A stretch of 64,000 bases of DNA from Gaiellales bacterium (GTDB lineage: Bacteria; Actinomycetota; Thermoleophilia; Gaiellales; JAICJC01): assembly GCA_038212095.1 (NCBI GenBank), contig JBBQUW010000013.1, positions 1,232-65,231 on the forward strand, written 5' to 3'. A model generated the notes under the pieces. That model had not been told where the DNA came from, made no database searches, and saw only the letters and a program-made list of their open reading frames with translations. The position numbers and the translations under genes were made by a program. This document shows positions 1-10,150 of this stretch, piece after piece (the stretch's first letter is position 1; each line of letters begins with the position of its first letter).

Positions 1-290
1 GGGTAGAGCGGGAAGAACGCGGCCGTGTTGCCGTGACCGATGGAGGGGTCGTAGCCGTGGTGGGCGATCCAGCCGTACCAGGTCGCGTCCCAGTCGCCCA
101 GCGAGGAGTACATCGCCTGCCATGACAGGCCGGTCTCGCGCGGCCGCCGCTCCGACCAGCCCTGAGCGGCCAGCACGAGGTAGACGGCCAGCCGGCTGGC
201 GGCCCACACCGCGAGCGGGTAGCCGAGGCCGCGCAGCCGGCCCGCCGAGACAGCCGGCTGCTGCTGGGACGGCTCGGCGACCGCGGTCAC
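1..290 (-). CDS. GT-C-type membrane glycosyl/mannosyltransferase-like protein, N-terminal fragment (gene continues beyond window start)
   Basis: Not in the ORF track because no stop lies in the window. Own translation of the minus strand from GTG at 290: VTAVAEPSQQQ...RLAVYLVLAAQGW...LGDWDATWYGWIAHHGYDPS...AAFFPLYP. This is the WD..WY..IA..GY...FFPLYP pattern of PIG-V/GT-C mannosyltransferases. GTGA start/stop overlap with the PAP2 gene at 287-290. Confidence 0.5.
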   Translation of the reverse strand, partial: MTAVAEPSQQQPAVSAGRLRGLGYPLAVWAASRLAVYLVLAAQGWSERRPRETGLSWQAMYSSLGDWDATWYGWIAHHGYDPSIGHGNTAAFFPLY

Positions 291-1240
291 TCCGGCCAGC
301 CCTGGCGGCGCCAGAACCACCGCACACCGTACAGCGCAGCGGTGGCGTAGGCGAAGCCGATCAGCAGATCGACCACGTAGTGGTTGCCGGTGTAGACGGC
401 GGCGAAGCACTGGATGGCTGGGTACAGGGCGACAACGTACGCCGTCCACCGCCAGCGCGTCTTCCAGACCAACGTGGCGATGAACAGGAAGATCAGGAAC
501 GAGTAGCCGCCGTGCAGCGAGGGAATGGCGGCGTAGTTATTGCCGTCCACCAGGTGGTAGAGCGGGCCGGAGTCGGTCGGCAGCGGCGACTGCGCGGCCT
601 GCTCGCCGGCCGGGCTGGAGAGGTAGGGGATCAGGCCCTTCAGCGCGGCCGCCCATGGCGGCGCGGCGGGGTAGATCGCGAACGTCAGCGCGCCGGCGTA
701 GGACAGCGTCAGCAGCGTGGCCGCCCAGCGGTAGAACAGCGCCCGCCGCTTCAGCCACAGTGCGAACGCCAGCGTCGGCGGCACGATGAAGTGGATCCGG
801 GTGGCCGCCGACAGCACCTGGTCGTACCACATCAAGTGCCCTTTCCAAAGCCAGTCCTGCAGGACGTTGGAGGGCACGTGGCCAAAGAAGAGGAACTTCT
901 CGGCGTCCAGGTGCGGCAGGTAGTAGGGGTTGGGGTGCACGATGTTCGCCAGTCCGCGACACTCCTCGTACCAGACGATCAACAGCACGAAAGGCACGAA
1001 ATCGAGCATGAACCGCCGGCCCCGTCCGATCACGAGCGCGGGGGCGAGCAGCACGAGCAGGTAGCGGTCGGGCGTCAGCGACAGCCCGAAGGTCAGCACC
1101 TGGGCGCTCAGAGCGACGACGAAAGCGACCGCGGCCAGCGCGGCGGTGGTGCGGTCGATCTCGGCTCGTGGCGGGCCCCAGCGCTGGCCGCCGTCGCCGC
1201 CTCGCTGATCGCCGTCGCCATGCGGCTGCCCTTCCTGCAC
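287..1240 (-). CDS. PAP2-superfamily membrane phosphatase/phosphotransferase (PAP2_3, IPC-synthase-like)
   Basis: The last ~300 aa of ORF 287..2584(-) have several TM helices, then IPSLHGGYS and YTGNHYVVDLLIG (PAP2 motifs). The rest of the 765-aa ORF is Arg/Gly-rich noise antisense to the next gene. Start uncertain: GTG 1240 is the first canonical start upstream of TM1, and ATG 1009 would remove two TM helices. Confidence 0.75.
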   Translation of the reverse strand: MQEGQPHGDGDQRGGDGGQRWGPPRAEIDRTTAALAAVAFVVALSAQVLTFGLSLTPDRYLLVLLAPALVIGRGRRFMLDFVPFVLLIVWYEECRGLANIVHPNPYYLPHLDAEKFLFFGHVPSNVLQDWLWKGHLMWYDQVLSAATRIHFIVPPTLAFALWLKRRALFYRWAATLLTLSYAGALTFAIYPAAPPWAAALKGLIPYLSSPAGEQAAQSPLPTDSGPLYHLVDGNNYAAIPSLHGGYSFLIFLFIATLVWKTRWRWTAYVVALYPAIQCFAAVYTGNHYVVDLLIGFAYATAALYGVRWFWRRQGWPE

Positions 1241-2572
1241 ACCCCGCTCACCGCCGACGAGGGCGGGTACGGCGAGATCGCCCGGCTGTGGGATGGCGGC
1301 GCTCGCCTCTACGACCAGGCCTGGGTCGACCGCCCGCAAGGGCTGTTGCTCGTCTTTCGGGCGATCCTGCATTTCGATGGTGGCTCCACCTCTGCGATCC
1401 GGCAGGCCGCGGCTCTGGTGAGTGCGCTGGTCGTTGTGGCCACGATGGCCGTAACGGCCCGGATCGCGGGCAGGATACCCGCGATCTGTGCCGGACTGCT
1501 CCTGGCCGCCCTGGGCAGCAGTCCGCTGATCGAGTCGTTCACGCTCTCGGGCGAGATGCTCGCCTCGCTGCCGGCAATCCTCTCGCTGCTCGCGTTCGGC
1601 GGCTACCTGCACGGCGGCAGGGCGCGCTGGCTGGTGGTCTGCGGGCTGCTCACCGGCTGTGCGGTGATGACCAAGCAATCCGGGTTCGACGGCGGATTGG
1701 CGGCGGTCGCACTGCTGCTGCTCACGCGCCGCCGATCGGGGTTGGCGCCGGCGGCGGTGATCGTCGCCGCGGCGCTGCTGCCGGTGGCCGTCGCCGCCCT
1801 CGCGGCGCCCAGCTTCTTGGACTGGTGGTACGCGATGGTCACCTACCGCGGCCAGGGTGACTCGATCGTATCCGGATCGCCCGGAACGCGGTTGGCGCAG
1901 TTCGGCGATACGCTGCCCGAGGTGGCGCGGGCGCTGGCGGCGCTGGTCGCGCTGGCCGCCTACGGTTGGCGCGACTCCCCGCTGCTGGGCCGGCTGTGGC
2001 TGGCGGCGGCCGCGCTCGGCGTGCTGGGCGGAGGCAACTTCCACGCCCACTACTACATCCAGCTCGCTCCACCGCTGGCGCTGCTGGCCGGTGTCGGCGC
2101 GAGCCGCATCGTCCGCCGGCGGGCGGGTCTGATGGCCGGCGTCTGTGCCGGGCTGGCGGCGTGGAGCCTCTCGGCGGCGGTGCCGCTCTGGTTCGACTCG
2201 CCGCGCGCTCAGGCCGCTGCCGTCTTCCCGTCCGATGGCCATCTGCAACGAGACGCGATGGTGGTGGCCTATGTGCGGGCGCACAGCCGGCCCGGTGACC
2301 GGATCTTTGTGATGTGGGCCGCGGCCGATGTCTACTACCTCGCCGACCGCGATCCGGCGGTGCCCTACATCTGGTTTCGCAACATCCAGGCCATCCCGGG
2401 CGCGCTCGATCTGGTGAGGGCGGCGCTGGCGTCGCCGTCGCGCCCGGCGCTGGTGGTGGCCGAGCAGCCGCCGGGGGCGATCGATTCCAGCGGTGCGACC
2501 GCTCGGGTGCTGGCGCAGCGATACCGGCTGGCCGCGACGGTGGACGGCATCCCGGTCTACCGCGCGCGCTGA
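1220..2572 (+). CDS. ArnT/PMT-like polytopic membrane glycosyltransferase (GT39/GT83 type)
   Basis: The 3' ~470 aa of ORF 122..2572(+) contain RLPFLHTPLTADEGGYGEIARLW (first-loop DE motif), many TM helices and a soluble C-terminal domain. ATG 1220 is the only canonical in-frame start nearby, but a predicted TM1 (APALAAVAASLIAVA) lies just upstream. The true start is probably earlier or non-canonical. Confidence 0.7.
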   Translation: MRLPFLHTPLTADEGGYGEIARLWDGGARLYDQAWVDRPQGLLLVFRAILHFDGGSTSAIRQAAALVSALVVVATMAVTARIAGRIPAICAGLLLAALGSSPLIESFTLSGEMLASLPAILSLLAFGGYLHGGRARWLVVCGLLTGCAVMTKQSGFDGGLAAVALLLLTRRRSGLAPAAVIVAAALLPVAVAALAAPSFLDWWYAMVTYRGQGDSIVSGSPGTRLAQFGDTLPEVARALAALVALAAYGWRDSPLLGRLWLAAAALGVLGGGNFHAHYYIQLAPPLALLAGVGASRIVRRRAGLMAGVCAGLAAWSLSAAVPLWFDSPRAQAAAVFPSDGHLQRDAMVVAYVRAHSRPGDRIFVMWAAADVYYLADRDPAVPYIWFRNIQAIPGALDLVRAALASPSRPALVVAEQPPGAIDSSGATARVLAQRYRLAATVDGIPVYRAR

Positions 2573-2619
2573 TCCGACCGGCACGGCGCCATCGCCGGCG
2601 CCCGGTAGACTCCGCCCGC

Positions 2620-4635
2620 TTGGACGCCGGCGCCCTTCTCATCGCCACGCTGACTGTCCTCATCCCAGGCGCCGGCGCCGCGTTCGCGCTGCACCGGCCG
2701 GGCGAGGTGTCGGTTGCGACCCGCGTCGCGCTCAGCTTCGGCCTCGGCTACGCGACGGTCGCTCTCACCGGCGTGGTGCTGGAGGTGCTGCACGTGCTTT
2801 CGGCCGGCAGCTTCGTCGCGCTGCTGGCCGCGGTCACCGTCACTCTGTGGCTGGTGGCGATGCGGCGGGGCGGTGCGCGCGCCCACGCCGCGGCTCTGGC
2901 CGCCGAGTTGCGCGAGGAACGCTGGCTGGTGCTGTCCGGACTGGCCGGGCTGCTGCTGTTCGCGCTGATGCGGCTGCAGTTCTCGCCGCTGATCAACTTC
3001 AGCATGTTCGGGCCGTGGCGCTACTGGGCCGACGGGCTCGAGATCGCCGATGCCGGCCGCGTCCCGCACCTGACGCTGCAGTGGGGTGCGACCTACACGC
3101 CCACCGTCAGCAAGGTGATCCTGAACAGCTACCACGCCGGTCTCAGCTACCTGATCGGATCGGCGCCGCTGCCGGCGATGGGAGCGTTGCTCTGGGTGGC
3201 CGCGGTCGGGTTTGCCGCCGGGCTGTGGTCACTCGGCCGCGAGCTGGGGCTGCGCTACACGGCGGCCTTGCTGCCGCCGCTGGTGCTGGTGCTGCTCGAC
3301 AACGAGCTGCATCGCGATCTGGACGTGTACACCGCCGAAAACGTCGGCCGGATGGCCGCCGTGTGCGCGCTGGCGCTGGGTGTTCGCACCCTGAGAAACC
3401 GGGGCGGGCGCGGCGAGACGATCGCCACCGGAGTGCTGTTCGCTGTCGCGGCCGGTAGCCATGGCATCCCGGCCTTCGTGATGATGCTCGCGCTGGGCTG
3501 CTATGCGGTTGCGCTGATGCTGGTCGAGCCCGACCGTCGCGGCGTGGTGCTGCGGGTGGCGTCGGTGCTGGCGGTGACCGTGCTGGTGTGGGGCGCCAGC
3601 CTCGGCCTCTCGGGCGGCGATGTCGGCTTCCAGGGCGCAAAGGGTGCGAACACGTACGCCAGCTTCGGAGCGGGAGTCGATCCGACTGCCTCGCTGTTCA
3701 CGGGCCGGCTGGTGACGCGCTCACCGACGGCCGACCACTGGTACATCCCGCCGGAGCACCTGGCGCGCGGCTTCGTCGCCAGCGCGATCACGCGGCCGGC
3801 CGGCGACGTGTGGCTGATCGCGGTGCCGCTGGGCACGCTGCTGTTGGCGCTGGCGATGCTGCTGCGATTCCCGGACGAGCTGCGGCCGCTCGGTTTCTCG
3901 ATGTGGCTGCTGGGTGCGGTGCTGATCGCGATCGCAATGGTGTTCTCGTATCGCTACACCACCTACATCCCGGGCACGTTCGGGCCACACCGGTTGTACG
4001 ACTACGCCTGCCTGCTGCTCACGCTGTTCGCGCTCGGCTGCCTGGAGGCCGCGGTCGGTCTGCTGCGCCGCGTGCGTCTATGGCTGCCGGCGGTGGCGGC
4101 GGCCGTGGCTGTGCTCGCGCTGGGCGCGACGGTGGCGCTGGCCGGCGGGCCGGCCCGCCACGGCTGGCAGGACAACGGCCGCAAGGCGGTTGCGGTCACC
4201 GACTGGGTCAGCGGCAACCTGCCGTGCGGCGCGCGGCTGCTTGTCGACCGGCTGACCCTGGGGACGTTTGCCGCGCAGACCGGCCGCGTCAGCGTCGCCG
4301 AGGGCATGGGCCCCTACCTGCGCCCGCCCGAGCTGCACACGGTGCTGGACATCGTGCTGGGGGCGCACGCGTTCTTCCGCGACCCGGCCCATCATCGCGC
4401 GTTCCTGCGCCGCGAGTCTGTCGACTACGTGCTGGTGGTGAAGGATGTGCGGCTGGGCAGCATGGTGGATACGCTCGAGAAGGGCGTTGATCCGGCCCGA
4501 TTCCACGGGCTGCCCTTCCTGCAGCTCGTCCACAGCGATCTCAACCTCGAGGTCTACCGCGTCACCGGTCGTGGCTCAGGCGCTGCGCCCCCCGACCCCT
4601 CGCGCTTCTCCGGCCTGGATTGCAGAAGCTCGTGA
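2620..4635 (+). CDS. Large polytopic membrane protein with soluble C-terminal domain (GT-C-like, function unknown)
   Basis: ORF 2314..4635. TTG 2620 is the first start after the upstream stop (2572). Many hydrophobic segments are followed by a soluble tail ([21 protein letters not shown]...[13 protein letters not shown]). No catalytic motif recognised. Confidence 0.6.
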   Translation: MDAGALLIATLTVLIPGAGAAFALHRPGEVSVATRVALSFGLGYATVALTGVVLEVLHVLSAGSFVALLAAVTVTLWLVAMRRGGARAHAAALAAELREERWLVLSGLAGLLLFALMRLQFSPLINFSMFGPWRYWADGLEIADAGRVPHLTLQWGATYTPTVSKVILNSYHAGLSYLIGSAPLPAMGALLWVAAVGFAAGLWSLGRELGLRYTAALLPPLVLVLLDNELHRDLDVYTAENVGRMAAVCALALGVRTLRNRGGRGETIATGVLFAVAAGSHGIPAFVMMLALGCYAVALMLVEPDRRGVVLRVASVLAVTVLVWGASLGLSGGDVGFQGAKGANTYASFGAGVDPTASLFTGRLVTRSPTADHWYIPPEHLARGFVASAITRPAGDVWLIAVPLGTLLLALAMLLRFPDELRPLGFSMWLLGAVLIAIAMVFSYRYTTYIPGTFGPHRLYDYACLLLTLFALGCLEAAVGLLRRVRLWLPAVAAAVAVLALGATVALAGGPARHGWQDNGRKAVAVTDWVSGNLPCGARLLVDRLTLGTFAAQTGRVSVAEGMGPYLRPPELHTVLDIVLGAHAFFRDPAHHRAFLRRESVDYVLVVKDVRLGSMVDTLEKGVDPARFHGLPFLQLVHSDLNLEVYRVTGRGSGAAPPDPSRFSGLDCRSS

Positions 4636-5960
4636 GCCGCAGGCCGGCGCTGATCGCCGTGGCGCTGCTCGTGGCCCTGCCCTTGGGGCCAGAGCCGGTT
4701 ATCGACCCCTGGTCGGTGGCGGTCGCGGCGCCGCCGCCGCCGCCGCGGAGCCCGCTGCCGGTGGCCCGCAGCATGACGCCGATCAAGCACGTGATCTTCA
4801 TCATCAAGGAGAACCGCACCTACGACAACCTGTTCGGTCGGTTGGGCATAGGTGACGGCGCCGGCACCGGCCGCACCAAGGATGGCCGCACGATCTCGCT
4901 GCTGCCGCTGCTGGACAAGGAGACCGACCTGCAGCACAGCTACGCGGCGGGGCTGGCAGCGGTCGACGGCGGCAAGATGGATGGCTTTTCAGCCATCCCC
5001 GACAAGGCCGGCAACCCGACCCTGCTGGCCTACAGCACCGCCTCGCCAGGACAGCTTCCGGCGTATTGGGGCTACGCCCACCGCTATACGATCGGCGATC
5101 GCACGTTCTCGTCGGTCAACAGCTCCAGCTTCCCAAACCACCTGTTCACCGTCGCGGCAACATCGGACGGCATCATCGACGGCCCCAACTACAAGACGAG
5201 CTGGTGGGGCTGTGATGGCCCGCCCGGCATCACCGCCCCGGTGCTGGGCGCCGACGGTAAGGTGGGCGAGACGCGTCTGCCGGTCTGCCTCGACATCCCC
5301 AGCACGGCCGGTTCGATCAACGGCCACCCCGGCCTCACGTGGAGCAGCTACGGTGCGAGCCCGGGCCAGCTCGGCTACGGCTGGGTGGCGCTGGACGCGA
5401 TCAAGCCGGTGCGCGAGAGCCCGGACTGGAGCCGGCACGCCTTCCCGTGGGAGTGGTTCCACTCCGACATCGCGCAGGGCTACCTGGCATCGATGACCTG
5501 GATCACACCCCCGTTCGACATGAGTGAGCATCCCGGTGGCCCGTCGCTCTGCCAGGGCATGAACTGGACGGTGCGCCTGATCAACGACGTGATGCGCTCG
5601 CCGATGTGGAAGAGCACCGCGATCGTGCTGACCTGGGACGACTTTGGCGGCTTCTACGACCACGTCCCGCCGCCGCAGGTCGATCGCTTCGGCTATGGCC
5701 CGCGCGTGCCCTTCCTGGTCATCTCGCCCTGGTCGAAGCGGGGCGTCGACCACACCACATACGACTTCACGTCGGTGCTGAAGTTCGTCGGCCAGGACTT
5801 CGGCCTGCCCAACCTGACCGCACGCGAGCGGAACGCCAACTCGCTGCGCTCGGCCTTCCAGTTCACCGCCCCGCTGAAGCCGTGGATCGCACCGATCAAG
5901 GATTGCCCGAACGTCTCCTTCCAGCAGACCGAGCCTCCGCCCAAGAACATCCACGACTAG
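4632..5960 (+). CDS. Phosphoesterase family protein (phospholipase C / acid phosphatase AcpA-like), exported
   Basis: [19 protein letters not shown] is the signature N-terminal motif of the PF04185 phosphoesterase family. An N-terminal signal-like segment ([17 protein letters not shown]) is present. GTG 4632 forms a GTGA overlap with the upstream stop; the track start TTG 4620 is also possible. Confidence 0.85.
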   Translation: MSRRPALIAVALLVALPLGPEPVIDPWSVAVAAPPPPPRSPLPVARSMTPIKHVIFIIKENRTYDNLFGRLGIGDGAGTGRTKDGRTISLLPLLDKETDLQHSYAAGLAAVDGGKMDGFSAIPDKAGNPTLLAYSTASPGQLPAYWGYAHRYTIGDRTFSSVNSSSFPNHLFTVAATSDGIIDGPNYKTSWWGCDGPPGITAPVLGADGKVGETRLPVCLDIPSTAGSINGHPGLTWSSYGASPGQLGYGWVALDAIKPVRESPDWSRHAFPWEWFHSDIAQGYLASMTWITPPFDMSEHPGGPSLCQGMNWTVRLINDVMRSPMWKSTAIVLTWDDFGGFYDHVPPPQVDRFGYGPRVPFLVISPWSKRGVDHTTYDFTSVLKFVGQDFGLPNLTARERNANSLRSAFQFTAPLKPWIAPIKDCPNVSFQQTEPPPKNIHD

Positions 5961-6005
5961 CGCACTTTCGTCGCCGCACCGGTGCTCGCCGCCGCCGGCC
6001 GCGGG

Positions 6006-7136
6006 TCAGCTCAGCGCTGACGCGGATGCGACCAGCCGCACAGCCAGTTCCAGCCGCGCGACCACTGTCTCCAGCTCGATCCACTCGTCCGGCGTGTGGT
6101 CGAGTGCGCCGACCGGCCCCAGGCCGTCCAGCGTGGGTACGCCGTGTGCTCCCGTCCAGCAGCCGTCCGAGACGCCGCCCGAGAGCTGCTCTCCTGCAGT
6201 CAGGCCAAGCTCGGTCGCATGCCGCAGCGCGGCCATGACCAGTACCGGCGAGCGCGGCATCGGCGGCCACGTGCCGCGGTCAAGGATCTCGATCGTGACG
6301 CCGTCGTAGGGCTCCGGGGCGGGCAGCTGCCGCAGCGCGTGGTCGAGGTCGGCCGGATCGCTGGAGCGGATGTCGAGCGTGGCCACCGCCTCGCCGGGGA
6401 CGGTGTTCGCCGCGCCTGGGGCGTGCGCCGTCGTGACGACCGACGTCATCTGCGGCCGGCCGGCCGCCAGCGCCTCGATCCTGATCACCTCGCGGGCCAG
6501 CGCCGAGACGGCGCTGCGGCCGCGGGCGGTGTCTGCCCCCGCGTGCGCCGGCCGGCCGTGCAGCGCCATCGTCCGCCACACCGCCCCCTTACGGGTGCTG
6601 ACCACGTCGCCGTTCTCGCGACCACACTCGAACACCAGCGCCGCCGCAGCGTCGGCGGCGTGATCGCACACTGCCGGTGCTCGCAGCCGCACCTCCTCGT
6701 CTGCGCAGATCAGCAGCCGCAGCTCCGAGAACGGCCGTGGCCGGTCGGCGTAGGCCTCGAGCACCATCGCCGCCAGCACCAGGCCGCCCTTCATGTCGGC
6801 GACGCCGGGCCCGAAGCAGCGCATGCCGTCGCGCCGGAACGGCCGTGCGGCCGCCGTACCCAGCGGAAACACGGTGTCGGTGTGGCCCAGCAGCGCGACC
6901 GGCCGAGCTCCCTCCCCGGGCAGGCTGAGCACCATGCTGCGGGCCGGGCCGTCCGGCTCGTCGACCCATCGCCGGCTGCATCCGAGCGGCTCCAGCCAGC
7001 TCGCAACCGCTGTCGCCACCTGCTCCTGCTCCGCCCCCAGCGAGGGCGAGTCGAGGTCGACCAGGCTCTTCAGCCGCCGGCAGAAGGTCTCGATCACCTC
7101 AGAAGCCGTAGCGCTGCTCCGTCCACGGGTCGGCAT
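6006..7136 (-). CDS. M20 family metallopeptidase (glutamate carboxypeptidase CPG2-like)
   Basis: Motifs LLGHTDTVFP, GPGVADMKGG and ADEEV. An alternative GTG start at 7097 lies one nt after the upstream stop. Confidence 0.8.
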   Translation of the reverse strand: MPTRGRSSATASEVIETFCRRLKSLVDLDSPSLGAEQEQVATAVASWLEPLGCSRRWVDEPDGPARSMVLSLPGEGARPVALLGHTDTVFPLGTAAARPFRRDGMRCFGPGVADMKGGLVLAAMVLEAYADRPRPFSELRLLICADEEVRLRAPAVCDHAADAAAALVFECGRENGDVVSTRKGAVWRTMALHGRPAHAGADTARGRSAVSALAREVIRIEALAAGRPQMTSVVTTAHAPGAANTVPGEAVATLDIRSSDPADLDHALRQLPAPEPYDGVTIEILDRGTWPPMPRSPVLVMAALRHATELGLTAGEQLSGGVSDGCWTGAHGVPTLDGLGPVGALDHTPDEWIELETVVARLELAVRLVASASALS

Positions 7137-7710
7137 CGTTGTGGTACCCGTAGCCCTCCCAGAACCCCGGCTTGTCGACGTCCGAGAACTCGAGCCCGCG
7201 CAGCCACTTGGCGCTCTTCCAGAAGTAGCGGCTGGGCACGAGCAGCCGCAGCGGATAGCCGTGCTCGGCGGTCAGAGGCTGTCCCTCGGCCTCGTAGGCC
7301 AGCATCGCGCTGTCATCCATCACAGCCTCGATCGGCAGGTTCGCCGTGAAGCCCTGCTCGGCGTGTGCGATCACGAAGCGGGCGCCGTCCAACGGCTGCA
7401 CCTGCTCCAGCACCGTCCGCATCGGCACCCCCTTCCACGGCATGTCCAGCTTCGACCAGCGCGTGACACAGTGGATGTCGCTGAGCTGCTCCTGGCTGTC
7501 CAGCGCCACCAGCTGGTCGAACGAGAGCCGCAACGGATGCTTGACCAGGCCAAAGGCGCGGAAGTCCCAGCTCGCGATATCGACCTTGGGAACGCTGCCG
7601 GCGTGCAGCACCGGCCACTTGTCGGTGTAGTACTGGCCGGGCGGGATCCGGGCCGGGTCGATACCGGCCTCACGCGCCTTCTTGTCGGCATTCGAGCGAA
7701 ACAGTGCCAC
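7099..7710 (-). CDS. Sulfite-oxidase-fold molybdopterin oxidoreductase (short YedY/MsrP-like form)
   Basis: HCVTRWSKLDMPWKGV, GYPLRLLVPSRYFWKSAKWLRGLEF and the C-terminal GFWEGYGYH are typical of Moco-binding oxidoreductase domains. Confidence 0.75.
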   Translation of the reverse strand: MALFRSNADKKAREAGIDPARIPPGQYYTDKWPVLHAGSVPKVDIASWDFRAFGLVKHPLRLSFDQLVALDSQEQLSDIHCVTRWSKLDMPWKGVPMRTVLEQVQPLDGARFVIAHAEQGFTANLPIEAVMDDSAMLAYEAEGQPLTAEHGYPLRLLVPSRYFWKSAKWLRGLEFSDVDKPGFWEGYGYHNDADPWTEQRYGF

Positions 7711-7754
7711 GCGGCCTCCGCAGGTTGGTGGTTGGCCCTGAGTATGTATCGTAG

Positions 7755-8558
7755 ATGCCGTCCATCGCTACGCTTCCTCGGATGAGCAGCCTGGTGGATC
7801 GGTCGTGTCTGACGGCGGAGGGGCCCGACGCAGCGGTGCTGCTGCAGAGCCTGCTCAGCAACGACGTCGCGCTGGCACAGCCGGGCGGTGCGGTCTACGC
7901 GCTTCTGCTCACCGCCAAGGCGAGGGTGATCGCTGATATCGAGCTGTTCAACGTCGCCGGAAGCTACGTGCTGGCCTGCCCAACCGGCCGCGCGGAGGAT
8001 GTTCTGGACGTGATCCTGCGGGCGCGTTTCCGGCGCAAGGCCGAGCTGCAGCTCTCGCACCACGCGGTCGTGTGGGGTGAGGCCGCGGGCGCGCTGGCGA
8101 CCCTTGAGACGCCGGCCGGCCCTCATAGGCTGGTGGAAGCCGCCGGGGAGGAGGTCGAGCCGGGGAAGTGGTGGGAGCTGGCTCGCGTCGAAGCCGGCAT
8201 GCCCCGCTACGGACGCGAGTTCGACGAGGCCACGATGCCTGCCGAGGCCGGGCTGGTGCCGCTCGCGATCAGCTTCAGCAAGGGCTGCTATCCCGGTCAG
8301 GAGCCGGTCGCCCGGCTGCAGTACCGCGGGCATGCAAATCGCGGGCTGCGCGGTCTGGGGCTGGAGGGCGAGCTGCCGGCCGCCGGGTCCGCGGTGCTGC
8401 TGGACGACCGTGAGGTCGGCCGCATCACCTCGCCGGTTGACTCCCCGCGCTTCGGCCCCATCTCGCTGGCCGTGCTGCGGCGCGAGGTGGCTGACGGCGA
8501 TCGTGTGACGGTGGCCGGCGCGTCCGCGATCGTGCGCCCGCTGCCGTTTGCAGCTTGA
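7755..8558 (+). CDS. ygfZ: YgfZ/GcvT-like folate-binding protein
   Basis: GcvT-like N-terminal region (GPDAAVLLQSLLSNDV) and the C-terminal ISFSKGCYPGQE motif characteristic of YgfZ. An alternative ATG lies at 7782. Confidence 0.65.
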   Translation: MPSIATLPRMSSLVDRSCLTAEGPDAAVLLQSLLSNDVALAQPGGAVYALLLTAKARVIADIELFNVAGSYVLACPTGRAEDVLDVILRARFRRKAELQLSHHAVVWGEAAGALATLETPAGPHRLVEAAGEEVEPGKWWELARVEAGMPRYGREFDEATMPAEAGLVPLAISFSKGCYPGQEPVARLQYRGHANRGLRGLGLEGELPAAGSAVLLDDREVGRITSPVDSPRFGPISLAVLRREVADGDRVTVAGASAIVRPLPFAA

Positions 8559-8592
8559 GGCCGTCGGTCGGGTCGCGTACGCTGGTGGCAGG

Positions 8593-9657
8593 GTGGATGA
8601 CGAGAGGATCACCGACGCATCGTTGATGATCGGCCTGTCGCTGTACGACGAGGCCGAGGCGGCGCTGCGGGCCGCGCTCCGCGACGCCGACCGGGACGGC
8701 GACGATCGTCTCGCCAGCCTCGCGCTGGAGGGTCTGGGGACGATCGCGAACCGAAAGGGCCAGGACGGCCGTGCCCAGGAACTGCTCGAGCAGGCGCTGG
8801 AACGGGCACGCCGGCCCGACCCGGTTGAGCGCCGGTCACTGTATATAACGGTGGCCCGCCTGCGGTCGTTCGCAGGTGACTCGGAGGGGTCGATCGAGCT
8901 GATCGAGGAGTGCCGGGGGCGGGTCGCCGAGGCCGGTGATCCCGATCCGGCGGTGGTCGCACTGTACGCGATCGCGCTGAGCTTCGCGTGCGCGGACGCC
9001 GGCCAGTACGGCCGGGCGCAAACGCTGCTGGCCGACGTGATCCGCCACGCCGAGGATCTCGACCTGACCGTGCGTGGACACCTGTATTACGCCCTGGCGC
9101 GGCTCAACATCAACACCGGCCGCAACGACAAAGCGGTCGAGTACGCCGACCGGCTGCTCGAGGTGAGGCTGGCTGCGAACGCCACCACCCAGCTCTCAGA
9201 CGCCCACCTGATGTGCGCGCATGCGCGGCTCGACGCCGGCGACACGGCGAAGGCGGGCGAGCACCTGGAGCAGGCGCGGCGTCACGCCCCGACGCCGCTT
9301 GGTGCCGTCGACGAGGGCTTCGTCCTGGTCGAGGAGGCTCGCCACGCATTGCAGATGGGCGAGCACGAGTTGGCGCTGACGCAGGCACGGGCCGCGATCG
9401 AGCTGCTGGCCGATCGCGCCGTTCCCGGCGAGTTGGGCAGCGCGTACCTGGTGATCGCCCGCGTGCATGACGACACCGGCGACGACGACCGCGCCGACCG
9501 CGCGTACCAGATGGCGGTGGATGCGTTCCGGCTCCAGGGGGGGTGGCCGACCGACCTGGCCAAGGCGTACCGTCGTTACGGCAAGTTCCTACGCCGCCGG
9601 GGACGGGTCGACGACGCGCTCGAGATGCTGGAGGCGGCCGGCGACGTCGGGGTGTGA
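8593..9657 (+). CDS. Tetratricopeptide-repeat protein
   Basis: Repeated Ala/Leu-rich helical pairs throughout (AEAALRAAL, GRAQELLEQALERA, GDTAKAGEHLEQARRHA, DRADRAYQMAVDAF). Start ambiguous among TTG 8548, GTG 8593 and ATG 8626. Confidence 0.6.
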   Translation: MDDERITDASLMIGLSLYDEAEAALRAALRDADRDGDDRLASLALEGLGTIANRKGQDGRAQELLEQALERARRPDPVERRSLYITVARLRSFAGDSEGSIELIEECRGRVAEAGDPDPAVVALYAIALSFACADAGQYGRAQTLLADVIRHAEDLDLTVRGHLYYALARLNINTGRNDKAVEYADRLLEVRLAANATTQLSDAHLMCAHARLDAGDTAKAGEHLEQARRHAPTPLGAVDEGFVLVEEARHALQMGEHELALTQARAAIELLADRAVPGELGSAYLVIARVHDDTGDDDRADRAYQMAVDAFRLQGGWPTDLAKAYRRYGKFLRRRGRVDDALEMLEAAGDVGV

Positions 9658-9664
9658 GCTGCGG

Positions 9665-10126
9665 CTACTGGGAGCCGTTGTCGGCGCCGGCGTACTCGTA
9701 GATCAGCCGGCCGCCGTGGCTGAAACCCTGCTTGGCATAGAAGTCGGGGATGCCCAGCTCCTGATCGTCGGGCGTGACGCGTAGCTCGATCGACTCGATG
9801 CCGCGCCGGCGGCACTCCGCCACCACGGTTCGCAGCAATCCCGCGCCCAGGCCCTGGCCGCGGGCTGATGGCTGCACCCAGATCTCCTCGATCTCGGCGC
9901 TGGCGCCACCACCGGCCGAGATGCGGATCGTGGTCGTGGCGACGCCCTTGTCGCCCGCGAGCGTGAAGAACCCCCGGCCGGGGTCGTCAAGGATCGCCTG
10001 CACGTTCTGGCCCAGGTGAGCCACCTCGCGGCCCTCGTGGCTGAAGAACGCCTTCAGCAGCCGCGTCGTCAGCGCGGCGTCCGCGGTGGTGGCGAATCTC
10101 ATCGGCAGTTCGGTCACCGGTTTCAC
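9665..10126 (-). CDS. GNAT family N-acetyltransferase
   Basis: VQPSARGQGLGAGLL acetyl-CoA binding motif and the overall GNAT length. An alternative ATG start lies at 10102. Confidence 0.8.
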   Translation of the reverse strand: MKPVTELPMRFATTADAALTTRLLKAFFSHEGREVAHLGQNVQAILDDPGRGFFTLAGDKGVATTTIRISAGGGASAEIEEIWVQPSARGQGLGAGLLRTVVAECRRRGIESIELRVTPDDQELGIPDFYAKQGFSHGGRLIYEYAGADNGSQ

Positions 10127-10150
10127 ATCGATGCCGCGCGGCTCGGGAAA

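Noticed and set aside
122-1150. 5' ~340 codons of the 816-aa plus ORF, and likewise the 5' ~450 codons of the 765-aa minus ORF (1241..2584)
   Set aside because: These are Arg/Pro/Gly-rich sequences antisense to the real PAP2 and GT genes. Only the distal parts carry TM helices and family motifs.
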